Below are positions 28,285 through 37,259 of a DNA stretch of 46,681 bases, one piece after another. The position numbers were made by a program, and so were the translations under genes. Position 1 is the stretch's first letter, and the number at the start of each line of letters is the position of its first letter. Below the pieces are notes generated by a model. It did no database searches. It had not been told where the DNA came from and worked only from the letters and a program-made list of their open reading frames with translations. Source of the stretch: an uncultured Gemmatimonas sp. (GTDB taxonomy: Bacteria > Gemmatimonadota > Gemmatimonadetes > Gemmatimonadales > Gemmatimonadaceae); contig CAZPON010000001.1 in NCBI GenBank assembly GCA_964588045.1, positions 1-46,681 of the forward strand, written 5' to 3'.

Positions 28285-28980
28285 ATGATGGCGTTCGCGA
28301 CTGCTGCAACCTTGCTGACGCGAGGCGATCTTCCGGTGTCTGCAGGGTTGGCGCGCGCGCGTCGCTGTGCCAATGCGGTTTCCGTAGCGTTGTGCGGGCT
28401 GGTGTTCTGGGCCGCGTCTCTTCAGGCGCAGTCCCTCGGGGCGCACGTGTCGGCGAGAGCAGGTGTTGGGATACCGGACGATGCCTACTCGAGCAACTGC
28501 GGTGAACCCAGCATGGCGTTCAGTCTTGACGTGGAAGGGCGTCGGCAGGTGTTCCCCCAGATTTCGGTGGACTATTTCTCGGGACCGAGCGGGGGCGAGG
28601 TTTCCTGCATGACAGATCCGGCGGTCGGCGTCACAATCGGCGGGCTCCGCGTTGAGGGGTCGACGCGTATCGGCCTGGGAGTTGGTGCGCGACTCGGAAC
28701 GGGTCTCGCACAGCTCGAGGGTGTTGTGTCAAGCGGAATTGTGTCGGGACGTCGCGGCTTCGTGGCAAGTGCCGAGGATGACAGCCGGCACATCATGCCC
28801 CACGTGGGCGGCCAGGCATCGCTTCTGCTCTTTCGCTACATGGTATTCTCCGCCGCCATCAACTGGACTCGTCTCTCTTTTGACCTGATACCGCCATCCG
28901 GCGGACCCGTGACAACGCGAACGTCCTGGGAGCCGCTGACGACGTTGCAAGTCGGCTTTCGGTTGCCCGCGGGACGCTGA
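28285..28980 (+). CDS. Hypothetical outer-membrane beta-barrel-like protein
   Basis: Signal-like segment ending LQA-QS, alternating hydrophobic strands and terminal LQVGFRL. Start uncertain. Confidence 0.55.
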   Translation: MMAFATAATLLTRGDLPVSAGLARARRCANAVSVALCGLVFWAASLQAQSLGAHVSARAGVGIPDDAYSSNCGEPSMAFSLDVEGRRQVFPQISVDYFSGPSGGEVSCMTDPAVGVTIGGLRVEGSTRIGLGVGARLGTGLAQLEGVVSSGIVSGRRGFVASAEDDSRHIMPHVGGQASLLLFRYMVFSAAINWTRLSFDLIPPSGGPVTTRTSWEPLTTLQVGFRLPAGR

Positions 28981-29001
28981 AGGGAATCAGGAGTGTCCAC
29001 T

Positions 29002-29025
29002 TCAGTCGTCCCGTTCCATCTCCAG
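29002..29025. repeat. 24-bp imperfect direct repeat, copy 1
   Basis: tcagtcgtcccgttccatctccag; 22/24 identical to 31069-31092. Confidence 0.8.
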
Positions 29026-29664
29026 ATGCTCGAATCGGGGATGACTGAAGATGGACGCTTGAATACTGTGTTGGTCGCCCATGGCATCGCTCAACTTCCC
29101 GGCGAAGTTGGCCACGATGCGGTTCATCGCATGTACTTCGCGCAGCAGGCGTGACTCGTCCCGCGTGTCCCAGTAGTGCGTTTCATCGTAGACGACGACG
29201 TCGATCCCACGCTCGACCGCGAAATCGATGAGCCGCACCAGCGACGTGTGGCACGTAATGAGGTGGGCATCACTCACGACGGAGGCGTACTGGGTCTTGC
29301 AGAAGCTCCGCCAATACCACTCGCCGTGCTTTCCACTCGCATCGGAACGGCGGAGCAAGCCGATGAACGCCGTCTCACAGCCTTTGCCCGGGTTGACGTA
29401 GAACCCCTGAGCCGAGGCCTCATCGCCGTACAACGGTGGTTCGTCATCGTCGAATGGTTCCGCAACGATCGACGCCCAGAACCTCAGTGATTCGAGCTGA
29501 GCCTGTGTCCCGCTCGAGACCGAAGCGGTTTCGGACAGGAACGGCGACACGTCCGCGAATGGCAGCGTGAGCGCATACGCGCGCAATGCGAGCAGGGTCT
29601 CCACCGCCGAATCGTCTGATGCGGACGCAGGGAGACGCAGTTCGAAGTTGAGAAAGAGGCCCAT
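29002..29664 (-). CDS. Conserved hypothetical protein (FCKTQYAS motif)
   Basis: MGLFLNFEL start; motifs PGKGCET, WRSFCKTQYAS, CH and DETHYW. Recalled as an uncharacterised family; not searched. Confidence 0.75.
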   Translation of the reverse strand: MGLFLNFELRLPASASDDSAVETLLALRAYALTLPFADVSPFLSETASVSSGTQAQLESLRFWASIVAEPFDDDEPPLYGDEASAQGFYVNPGKGCETAFIGLLRRSDASGKHGEWYWRSFCKTQYASVVSDAHLITCHTSLVRLIDFAVERGIDVVVYDETHYWDTRDESRLLREVHAMNRIVANFAGKLSDAMGDQHSIQASIFSHPRFEHLEMERDD

Positions 29665-29799
29665 GGGCGCTTTCCGGTTGGAGACCTGCGAAGTATTGCC
29701 GCGCGCGGGCCGCTTGGGCGTTACCATTTTGTCCCCGCTGTTGGCCTTATTCCGCTTGCAGCAACCCGCGGCGCACCCGACCGAGGAACGACGATCGGC

Positions 29800-29834
29800 T
29801 TGCATCCGGTAAATATACAGCGTATTTTTACCGC
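29800..29834 (+). promoter_or_regulatory. Leaderless sigma70-like promoter with inverted-repeat operator
   Basis: TTGCAT-N17-TATTTT-N6-ATG; inverted repeat cggtaaatatac-agc-gtatttttaccg (11/12). Confidence 0.7.
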
Positions 29835-31001
29835 ATGTATACTCGGCAATTGGAAAGCCGCCTTGCCGCCTCGCGCCAGAGCGTCCTGCTGCTCGGCCCA
29901 CGACAGGTCGGCAAGTCCACACTCATGCGCGCGCTGCACCCCGCGCTCGAGATCAATCTCGCCCACGAGGCCACGTTTCTTGAGTTCGCGCGCAATCCGC
30001 TCGAACTCGAATCGCGCATCGACGCACTGCCGGCGGGCGGGCGGGCCAACACCACGCGCACGATCTTCATTGACGAGATCCAGCGAAGCCCGAGTCTGCT
30101 CAATACGATCCAGGTGCTGCTCGACCGCCCGAAGCACGGCCTGCGATTTCTTCTCACCGGCTCAAGCGCGCGCAAGCTCCGTCGGGGTGAGGCCAACCTG
30201 CTGCCGGGTCGTCTGCACGCGTATCGCATGGGGCCACTGACGAGCGCCGAGATGGCCCACGACATCCCGACCGGTACGGCGCTGATGCATGGCACGCTCC
30301 CGGGGGTTCTCACCGAGGCGTCGGTGCGCGACCGTGAAAAGACGCTGCGCAGTTACGCGGCGATCTACCTGCGTGAGGAGGTACAGGCCGAGAGCCTGAC
30401 GCGCAGTCTCGAAGGTTTTGCGCGCTTCCTCGCCGTCATCGGGGAATGGGCAGGCGGGCACCTCGATCTCGCCAAGATCGCGACGGCCGCCCAGGTCAGC
30501 CGGATGTCGGCTGGTCGCTGGCTCGACGTCATGGACGATACGCTGCTCGTCCATCGCGTTGACGCCTTTGCGAAGAGCGCCACCCGTCGACTTGTCCAGC
30601 ATCCCAAGGTGTACTTTTTCGATGTCGGTGTGCTCAACGGGTTGCTGGGCAACTTCCTCGCGTCACCTGATCGCATCGGTCGCTTGTTCGAACACTTGGT
30701 GTACACACAGTTGGTACACAGTGCGGCCGCGTTCGATGACGACGTGCGCGTTTCGACCTTCCGCACGGAGCATGGCGCGGAAGTGGATTTTATCGTCGAG
30801 CGCGGGACGGACCTGTTTGCGATCGAAGTCAAGGCGTCACGAACAGTGGCCGCGTCCGACTTGCGCGGATTGGGGCGGTTCGCCGACTATGTCGGCAAGC
30901 GGCATCGACCCATGGTCTGGTATCTGGGCAAGGATTCCAAGCGCATGGGGAGCGTCGACGTCCTGCCGTGGCAACAGGGACTGCGGACGATCGGATGGTA
31001 A
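29835..31001 (+). CDS. AAA_14/DUF4143 family ATP-binding protein
   Basis: Walker A GPRQVGKST, Walker B IFIDEIQ, TGSS, PKVYFFDVG, FEHLV, EVDF...IEVK. Confidence 0.92.
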   Translation: MYTRQLESRLAASRQSVLLLGPRQVGKSTLMRALHPALEINLAHEATFLEFARNPLELESRIDALPAGGRANTTRTIFIDEIQRSPSLLNTIQVLLDRPKHGLRFLLTGSSARKLRRGEANLLPGRLHAYRMGPLTSAEMAHDIPTGTALMHGTLPGVLTEASVRDREKTLRSYAAIYLREEVQAESLTRSLEGFARFLAVIGEWAGGHLDLAKIATAAQVSRMSAGRWLDVMDDTLLVHRVDAFAKSATRRLVQHPKVYFFDVGVLNGLLGNFLASPDRIGRLFEHLVYTQLVHSAAAFDDDVRVSTFRTEHGAEVDFIVERGTDLFAIEVKASRTVAASDLRGLGRFADYVGKRHRPMVWYLGKDSKRMGSVDVLPWQQGLRTIGW

Positions 31002-31068
31002 TGGCGCGCGACCAACGAGCTGCGATCGCGCAGTGAAAACGGCTCAGAGTATGCAACTGGGTGCACGC

Positions 31069-31092
31069 TCAGGCGTCCTGTTCCATCTCCAG
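31069..31092. repeat. 24-bp imperfect direct repeat, copy 2 (3'-end remnant of an FCKTQYAS-gene homologue)
   Basis: tcaggcgtcctgttccatctccag; the minus strand encodes LEMEQDA*, versus LEMERDD* in copy 1. Confidence 0.75.
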
Positions 31093-31109
31093 GTCCAGGG
31101 ACGTGTTCC

Positions 31110-33821
31110 TTACTCCGCTCGCAGCGCCTCCGTCGGGTTCACGCGCGCCGCGCGGCGCGCGGGAATCAGGCATGCCACGATCGCGACCAGGATCATCGTC
31201 GCGGCAACCACGGTGTACGTGACGACATCGGTTGCTGACTGGCGAAACAGCAGCGGTTCGATCCATCGCGCAGCAGCCCACGCCAGGAAGACGCCGATCG
31301 CCACGCCCACCGCGGTCGAACGGACACCTTGTCCGACCACCATGCGCAGCACGGTCGCCGGCCGCGCGCCGAGTGCGAGACGAACGCCAAGTTCATGGGT
31401 GCGGCCGGCGACGTTGTAGCTGATCAACCCGTAGATGCCGACCACGGCCACCACGAAGGCCAGTCCGCCGAATGCCACGAACAGCGTGGCCCCGAGGCGC
31501 CAGGACCGGCGCCGGTCGTCCACCACTTCCTGTAACGGTCGCACGAATACGAACCCGTCGCCCGGCATCGCGCGCGTCAACTCCCGGCGCACGCGCTCCA
31601 TCTGTGCGATGGCATTGGGATCTGTCATGCGCAGGCGCATTGTGGACGTGCCGCGCGGCGCGCGCTGCGCCATCGGCAGGTAGTACATGAACCGTGCGTC
31701 GTCGGTCAGGTTGTGCTGCATGGTGTTCTCGGCGATGCCGACCACCGTCGTGCACGGCGCATCGCTGGCCGATGCCCGCTCGCCGAATCCAACGAACAGG
31801 CATTGACCGATCGGGTCGCGCCCGGGCCACAGCGCGGCTCCCATCGCCTGGCTGACCACCGCCACCAGCGGTGCGCCCTCGCGATCGCCCTCTTCCAGCG
31901 AACGTCCGCGCAGGATGCGCGTCTGCATGACCTTGAAGTAGTCGGGCGTCGCCATCTGAAAGTTGAATCGCCCCAGCGCACCCACGGAATCGATGCCCGG
32001 TACGCGCAACTCGGCGGTGTTGGTGGCAAAGAGGCCGCTGTTCACGTTCGTCGCGTACGCGACGCCGGGCAGCGCCTGCGCTTCCCGCAGCAGGCGCAGG
32101 CGCGGCGACTCACCGATCGTGTCGGCGAGGTCGAACCCGCGGAAATCGCTGACGACCTCCAGCACCGGCTCGGCGTCGTAGCCCAGCGGCAACGCACGCG
32201 CATTGCCGAAGCTCTGCACGAACAGTCCGGCGCCAATCAGCAACAGCACCGACAGCGACACCTGCAGCACCAGCAGTGCAGTACGCAATCGCGAGCGATG
32301 GTGGGTGCCTTCCCGCGAGCCGGACTTGAGCATCGATGCCAGGTCGGTACGCACGGCCACGAGCGCAGGGCCAACGGCGGTCACGACGGTCGCGAGCAGT
32401 GCGCACGCGAACGCCATGCCAATCGTGCGCCAATCGTCCGCCAGATTGAACGCGGTGCCTTGCGGCAGCAACAAGCCGCGAATCGCCACCCCACTCCACT
32501 GCGCGATCAACAGTCCGGCAACACCGCCCAACGCGGCCATGAGCAGGCTCTCGGTCAGGAACTGCGTGACGAGTCGGGCACGGCTTACGCCAAGGGCAAG
32601 TCGCACGGTGATCTCGCGGCGGCGGCGTATCACGCGCGCGAGCATCAGGTTGGCGACACTCGCGCAGGCAATGAGCAGCACGATCATCGCAACGCCCGTG
32701 ACCCATAGCAGCACCTTCGATTCCGGGCCGGCTCCCGGACCGCCTGCCGTCTTCACCGGGCCCGCAATGGCCCTCGGCCGGACGAGCGAGTCCGCCAACA
32801 CCCGCGGATTGATGTGCCGCGCGGCGGCACGACTCAGCACGTACGCGCGCGAAAGATCCGCTGAAACTGCTTCGACGCTGACGCCAGGAGCGCGCCGGAC
32901 CAGCACTTCCGTCCAATCCCAGTTGTACTTCGTGAAGTAGTCGAACTGACTCGACGGCCCGAGGTTGGCGGGAATCGTCGTGATCGGGACAAACACGTCG
33001 GGGACCCTGCCCGACACGGTGCCCACGAAGCCCTCGGCCGCCACACCGATGATGGTGTACACCAGCTTTCCCACCTTGAGCGTGCGGCCGGTCACGTTGG
33101 CCGATGCGAATTCGGACTTCCACATCGCGTGACCGATCACCGCCACGAGCGCGCCCATCGGAACGGAGTCTTCGGCCGCCGAGAAGTATCGGCCCAGCGC
33201 GGGCGGTGCGTCGAAGAATTCGAAGAATGACGCGCTGACACCGGCCACCTTCCGGACTTGAACATCCCCGCCGCTGCCAACGCCGAATCGCCACTCCGAC
33301 ACCGCCGCATGCGCAGCCAGTCGCGGCGTCTCACGCGCCAGATCGAGGTAGCGCGTGTACGGAAACGTGGTGCTGGCGTTCGTGCGGCCGTCGAACGTGG
33401 TTTCGAGGTAGACGCGGTGCACCGTCGCCGGGTCGCGCAACAGCGGATACGGCCGGAACATCAGTCGGTCGATGACACCGAACATCGCTGCATTCGCACC
33501 GATCCCCAGGCCGAGCGTGAGTACTACCGCTGCCGTGAACCCGGGAGAGCGACGCAAGCCGCGCAGCGCGTACCGCACGTCCTGCGCCAGGTGCTCGAGT
33601 CGCGGGAAGCCCCACGCGTCGCGACTCTGCTCGCGCAGCGCCGTGAGATTGCCGAGTTGACGACGGGCGGCCGCGCGCGATTCGGTCGCGCGCATTCCCT
33701 GCTGCTCGTAGTCGCGTGCCAGCAGGTCGAGGTGCGCCTGCAGCTCCTGTGCGAGTTCGCGATCCAGCTCCTCGCGTTTGCGCCACGCGGCGATGCGTCC
33801 GAACCACTCGCGCGGGCCCAT
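31110..33821 (-). CDS. ADOP-type duplicated ABC permease with N-terminal prefix domain
   Basis: ELxxHL...ARRQLGN prefix, LGLGIGANAAMF, LLIACASVANL and PARRAARVNPTEALRAE; coupled to padR (TGATG). Confidence 0.92.
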   Translation of the reverse strand: MGPREWFGRIAAWRKREELDRELAQELQAHLDLLARDYEQQGMRATESRAAARRQLGNLTALREQSRDAWGFPRLEHLAQDVRYALRGLRRSPGFTAAVVLTLGLGIGANAAMFGVIDRLMFRPYPLLRDPATVHRVYLETTFDGRTNASTTFPYTRYLDLARETPRLAAHAAVSEWRFGVGSGGDVQVRKVAGVSASFFEFFDAPPALGRYFSAAEDSVPMGALVAVIGHAMWKSEFASANVTGRTLKVGKLVYTIIGVAAEGFVGTVSGRVPDVFVPITTIPANLGPSSQFDYFTKYNWDWTEVLVRRAPGVSVEAVSADLSRAYVLSRAAARHINPRVLADSLVRPRAIAGPVKTAGGPGAGPESKVLLWVTGVAMIVLLIACASVANLMLARVIRRRREITVRLALGVSRARLVTQFLTESLLMAALGGVAGLLIAQWSGVAIRGLLLPQGTAFNLADDWRTIGMAFACALLATVVTAVGPALVAVRTDLASMLKSGSREGTHHRSRLRTALLVLQVSLSVLLLIGAGLFVQSFGNARALPLGYDAEPVLEVVSDFRGFDLADTIGESPRLRLLREAQALPGVAYATNVNSGLFATNTAELRVPGIDSVGALGRFNFQMATPDYFKVMQTRILRGRSLEEGDREGAPLVAVVSQAMGAALWPGRDPIGQCLFVGFGERASASDAPCTTVVGIAENTMQHNLTDDARFMYYLPMAQRAPRGTSTMRLRMTDPNAIAQMERVRRELTRAMPGDGFVFVRPLQEVVDDRRRSWRLGATLFVAFGGLAFVVAVVGIYGLISYNVAGRTHELGVRLALGARPATVLRMVVGQGVRSTAVGVAIGVFLAWAAARWIEPLLFRQSATDVVTYTVVAATMILVAIVACLIPARRAARVNPTEALRAE

Positions 33822-34156
33822 CACGTCGTTCCTCGCAGCACACGACTGGTGGCGGCGACCGAGCGCAGGAAGCTGGCCTCCTCCTCGCCGAGTTGCTTGC
33901 GGCCGGCGCGCGTGATGCTGTAGTAGCGTCCCTGCCGGCCGGTGGGCGTCGGTCGCGACTCCGACGTGACCCAGCCCTTCACCTGCATGCGCTGCAGGGC
34001 CGGATAGAGCGAGCCTTCTTCCACGCGCAGGGCGTCGCCCGACAGCCGGTGAATGTGTTGCGCGATCCCGTATCCATGCATGGCGCCCACGGAGAGCGTC
34101 TTGAGGATCAGCAGGTCGAGCGTGCCGGGGAGCAGGGGTGAGCTTGGCGCGTCCAT
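33821..34156 (-). CDS. PadR family transcriptional regulator (acidobacterial type)
   Basis: GTLDLLILKTL, HGYGIA, EEGSLYPAL and YYSITRAG. Confidence 0.93.
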   Translation of the reverse strand: MDAPSSPLLPGTLDLLILKTLSVGAMHGYGIAQHIHRLSGDALRVEEGSLYPALQRMQVKGWVTSESRPTPTGRQGRYYSITRAGRKQLGEEEASFLRSVAATSRVLRGTT

Positions 34157-34267
34157 CGAACGGTCTCCGGGCTGGTGATCTCCATACTATTCACGTCTAT
34201 GGATAGATCAGACAGCGGGATCGCGCAAAGGGTTGGAAGGGTCCGGCGGCCTCGCCGCGCCGAGAAG

Positions 34268-34663
34268 TCAGTAGTCAACGACGGCAACATCCGTGCGGAC
34301 GAAGTCGTGTCCCTTGCAGAGCAATGGATGTCCGGTTGCCATCGCCACACCGTAGGCGAGGCAATCGGCGTAGTTGAGGACTCCGGGGTCTCCGACCCCT
34401 TTTCCGAAGCGCCGAAACGCACTGCGCGCGAAGTCGGCGGCCGCTGGTGTCATGGCGATGGTGACAAGCGAGAGTCGTTGCAGGAGCGCATCCAGTGCCA
34501 CGTCTCCGCTCGGTCCTTTTCGCGCGAAGAGCACGGCGCTCGCTTCGACCAGCGTCGGGGCAGCCACCAGTCTCACCGGCGCCTCGCTGATGGCGTGCAC
34601 CATGGCGATTGCCTCAGATTCGCCCAGCAGGATGGCTAGCAGGGCAGAGGTATCGATGACCAC
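34268..34663 (-). CDS. VapC PIN-domain toxin
   Basis: VIDTSALLAIL, E in TLVEA, LNYADCLAY and KGHDF. Confidence 0.92.
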   Translation of the reverse strand: MVIDTSALLAILLGESEAIAMVHAISEAPVRLVAAPTLVEASAVLFARKGPSGDVALDALLQRLSLVTIAMTPAAADFARSAFRRFGKGVGDPGVLNYADCLAYGVAMATGHPLLCKGHDFVRTDVAVVDY

Positions 34664-34669
34664 GGACGA

Positions 34670-35023
34670 CTAGCCTGGCAAGCCGTGGGCGTCGAAACCA
34701 AGGATTTCGTCGGGCGAACGCCGATCAAGATCGGGCTGCGCGCTGAGAAACTGCTGCAGCTCGTCGACCTGCGCCATGAGATGATCGCGCTGCCCTGTGG
34801 GCGTCAACGACTCGACGAACGGCTGGTTGGTGGTCGCCTGCGTCGCGCGCGCTTGATAGGCGGGCGATCGTTCGGCCACCCGCGACGGCGGCGAATCGCC
34901 GGTCGCCAGTTCAGCACGCAGCGCGGATTCCAGCAGTTGGGTGAGCGTGCGGCCGGTTTGTCGAGCACGGTCCTTGGCGGCGCCGAGCAAGTCTTCGGGA
35001 AGGCGAACCGTGGTTCGAAGCAT
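34670..35023 (-). CDS. VapB-type antitoxin (RHH N-terminus, DRRSPDEILG C-terminus)
   Basis: RTTVRLPEDLL...GRTLTQLLE RHH pattern; C-terminal DRRSPDEILGFDAHGLP; directly upstream of vapC. Confidence 0.82.
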   Translation of the reverse strand: MLRTTVRLPEDLLGAAKDRARQTGRTLTQLLESALRAELATGDSPPSRVAERSPAYQARATQATTNQPFVESLTPTGQRDHLMAQVDELQQFLSAQPDLDRRSPDEILGFDAHGLPG

Positions 35024-35058
35024 ATGTCAATGGTATGCTCGAGACATATATATGTCAA
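35024..35058 (-). promoter_or_regulatory. Leaderless vapBC promoter with palindromic operator
   Basis: TTGACA-N17-TACCAT-N6-ATG; perfect palindrome gacatatatatgtc at 35043-35056. Confidence 0.75.
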
Positions 35059-35101
35059 ATGCGGCTGGCCATGGCGTGGCGCTCAATTCTTGACCCACGG
35101 C

Positions 35102-36277
35102 TCATGGGGGTAGAGCCGTCCCAGGCACGACGCCCACAAGGAACTTCTCGAGTGGCATGATCATGATCGGCCCCTGTCGTTCCGGCACGACGACATCGGC
35201 GAGCGCGATGAGCGTCGCATCCGGAAACTCGTCGTGAAAAGCCAGCAGGCCGCGCCGATCGGCGGGTCGCAGTGTGCGCCCGCTTTTCACCTCGATCGCG
35301 ACCAGCCCCGTCGGCGTCTCTACCACGAAGTCGACTTCGACGCCGCCCGTGGTGCGCCATGTGGACAGTCGCGCGTCGCGCGTCGATTCGCACCACGCTG
35401 CCAAGTGCTGGTACACGAGTCCTTCGCGCGTCGCACCAATCGCATCGGGCGCGGCACGCGCGCTGTCGGAGGGGCGAAGCGCGGCCGCGATGCCCGAATC
35501 GGCAAAGTAGAACTTGGGTTGCGCCGCCAACGCGCGCCGGGACGGGCGCGCGCTGAAGACTGGTACCCGCGCCACGAGAAACATGGCCTCCAGCAAGTCG
35601 AGCCAATCGATCACGGTGCTCTTCTTCACATCAGCGAGCTGGGCGATCGCGGTGGGACTCAGCACGCTGCCGTGCGACAGCGCGAGTTGTTCGAGCGCGC
35701 GCGCGAATCCATCGATCTGCCGGACGCGCGCTTCCGCCCGCACTTCGTCGAAGACAGCCACCGTTGCATAGTCCGCGAGCGCCTGCGCCGGGTCTTCGGC
35801 CGTCCACACCACTGGCAGCAGTCCCAGTCGTTGCGCGAGCGACACGGAAAACGCCGCGCCCAACTCCGCGGCGAGAAACGGTGACATGATCCGCCGGCCG
35901 GCGCGTCCGCCCAGCAGGTTCACGCCGGCACGGTGCAGCGAACGCGCACTCGACCCGGTCATCAGGAAGCGACGCTCAGGTTCACGATCAAGTCGCTGAT
36001 GGACCGCGTCCAGAATGGCTGGCACGCGTTGGATCTCGTCAATCACCACCCATCGATCGGGTGGAGTGGCGTCGAGCATTTCGTGCAGACGCTCGGGAGC
36101 CACCGCCAAGGTGCGGGCCAGTGGGCCCGCGCGGAGGTCCAGGAGGAGTGCTTCCGGGAAGCACTGGTGGGCGTAGGTGGATTTTCCGGTGCCCCTTGGC
36201 CCGAAGAGAAACGTGCTCCGGGTTGGCGCCGGAAAGAGGCGTCTGATCGGGGGGATCGCCGGAACGATGGCAGCCAT
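35102..36277 (-). CDS. AAA_14/DUF4143 family ATP-binding protein
   Basis: GPRGTGKST, VVIDEIQ, TGSS, PKFYFADSG and EVDF...IEVK. Confidence 0.92.
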   Translation of the reverse strand: MAAIVPAIPPIRRLFPAPTRSTFLFGPRGTGKSTYAHQCFPEALLLDLRAGPLARTLAVAPERLHEMLDATPPDRWVVIDEIQRVPAILDAVHQRLDREPERRFLMTGSSARSLHRAGVNLLGGRAGRRIMSPFLAAELGAAFSVSLAQRLGLLPVVWTAEDPAQALADYATVAVFDEVRAEARVRQIDGFARALEQLALSHGSVLSPTAIAQLADVKKSTVIDWLDLLEAMFLVARVPVFSARPSRRALAAQPKFYFADSGIAAALRPSDSARAAPDAIGATREGLVYQHLAAWCESTRDARLSTWRTTGGVEVDFVVETPTGLVAIEVKSGRTLRPADRRGLLAFHDEFPDATLIALADVVVPERQGPIMIMPLEKFLVGVVPGTALPP

Positions 36278-36313
36278 GATGCTAATAATAGACGCCGCTG
36301 GCGTCTATTTCAA
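36278..36313 (-). promoter_or_regulatory. Leaderless sigma70-like promoter with perfect inverted-repeat operator
   Basis: Minus strand TTGAAA-N17-TATTAT-N7-ATG; aatagacgcc-gct-ggcgtctatt at 36287-36309. Confidence 0.75.
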
Positions 36314-36403
36314 GCGCCTTTGGACGGTATTAGCGCCCAAACTCGCCGACGCGGCGAAGACGGGCCTTTCAGCTTCTGGCGGGCACTACTCCTCGAGGGG
36401 ACA

Positions 36404-36970
36404 CTACTCCCGCAGTCGCATCATGTCGAACCATTGCTGGTCAAGACCATGCGCGTCGGCCATGTCTGCGAGGGCGGTGATGTCGATGGCGTCCGCCATT
36501 ACGCGTAGTATCCCGCGAACGTCGCGAAGATGCCGCTCACTCGCGCCGCGCTGGCGAAACCGAAGCTTCTGCAGAATGACCTGCTCAGGCGATGCGACGG
36601 GCACCTGAAGTCCAACAAGCTCGACAACGCGTTTCGTCTCCAACCCCTGCTGCGCCAGGACATCGTTGCCCACGAGATACACATCGGCCCGCGCATCCGA
36701 CTCGAGATGCAGCACATTGAAATGGCCGAACGCATCGCGTGCTGCCTCCTGCGCAATCACCTCGACGGGCGGGCAATAGAAGGCCGTGTCGGGAAACTGC
36801 CGCGCAAACTTCATCGCGTCACTCGGCTGCAGCGCCATCACCACATCGATGTCTTGCGTGAGCCGAGGCTCGCCGTAGAGAATGGCCGCCACACCGCCCG
36901 ACACCATCCACTCCACTCCTGCCGCCGCAAGCGCCGGAGCAAAGATGGATACGACGTCAGTCGGCCGCAC
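36404..36970 (-). CDS. Nucleotidyltransferase toxin-like protein (MenT1/AbiEii-like)
   Basis: SGGVAAILYGEPRLTQDID, PVASPEQVILQKL and RHLRDV. GTG start at 36970 overlaps the upstream small gene. Confidence 0.8.
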   Translation of the reverse strand: MRPTDVVSIFAPALAAAGVEWMVSGGVAAILYGEPRLTQDIDVVMALQPSDAMKFARQFPDTAFYCPPVEVIAQEAARDAFGHFNVLHLESDARADVYLVGNDVLAQQGLETKRVVELVGLQVPVASPEQVILQKLRFRQRGASERHLRDVRGILRVMADAIDITALADMADAHGLDQQWFDMMRLRE

Positions 36971-37175
36971 GACGGAACACGTCGCGCGCGTTCGCATTCA
37001 CCGTCGCCTCGTCGTATGCAGGGTGACGCAGGCGAACGCCCGCCTTCACGCCTTCCCACGCCAAGTCCCAAATTGCATCGGCAAGCACGAGCTTCTCGTC
37101 CGGGCTCATCTGGCGATAGCGGAGAGCTTGACGCACGGCCACGTCGGAGATGACGTCAGGTGCTGGAATATCCAT
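36957..37175 (-). CDS. Small helical protein, putative MenA1-like antitoxin
   Basis: 72 aa with MSPDEKLVLA...RLRHPAYDE; overlaps the NTase gene. Confidence 0.7.
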   Translation of the reverse strand: MDIPAPDVISDVAVRQALRYRQMSPDEKLVLADAIWDLAWEGVKAGVRLRHPAYDEATVNANARDVFRRAAD

Positions 37176-37259
37176 GGCTGTGAATCTGCGGGACCGCATC
37201 TGGCCGAGCAAGGCACGCTGGTGCACGCCATCACCCGGCCGAGCGCGTTGGTTCGCCGA

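Noticed and set aside
31002..31068. Weak similarity between sequences downstream of the ATPase stops (ccaacg.gct, gtgcacgc; compare 37218-37259)
   Set aside because: The matches are short, GC-rich and inconsistent in orientation.
36384..36410. cactactcc direct repeat around the NTase stop
   Set aside because: Only 9 bp with nothing mobile between the copies; cannot be supported as a target-site duplication.
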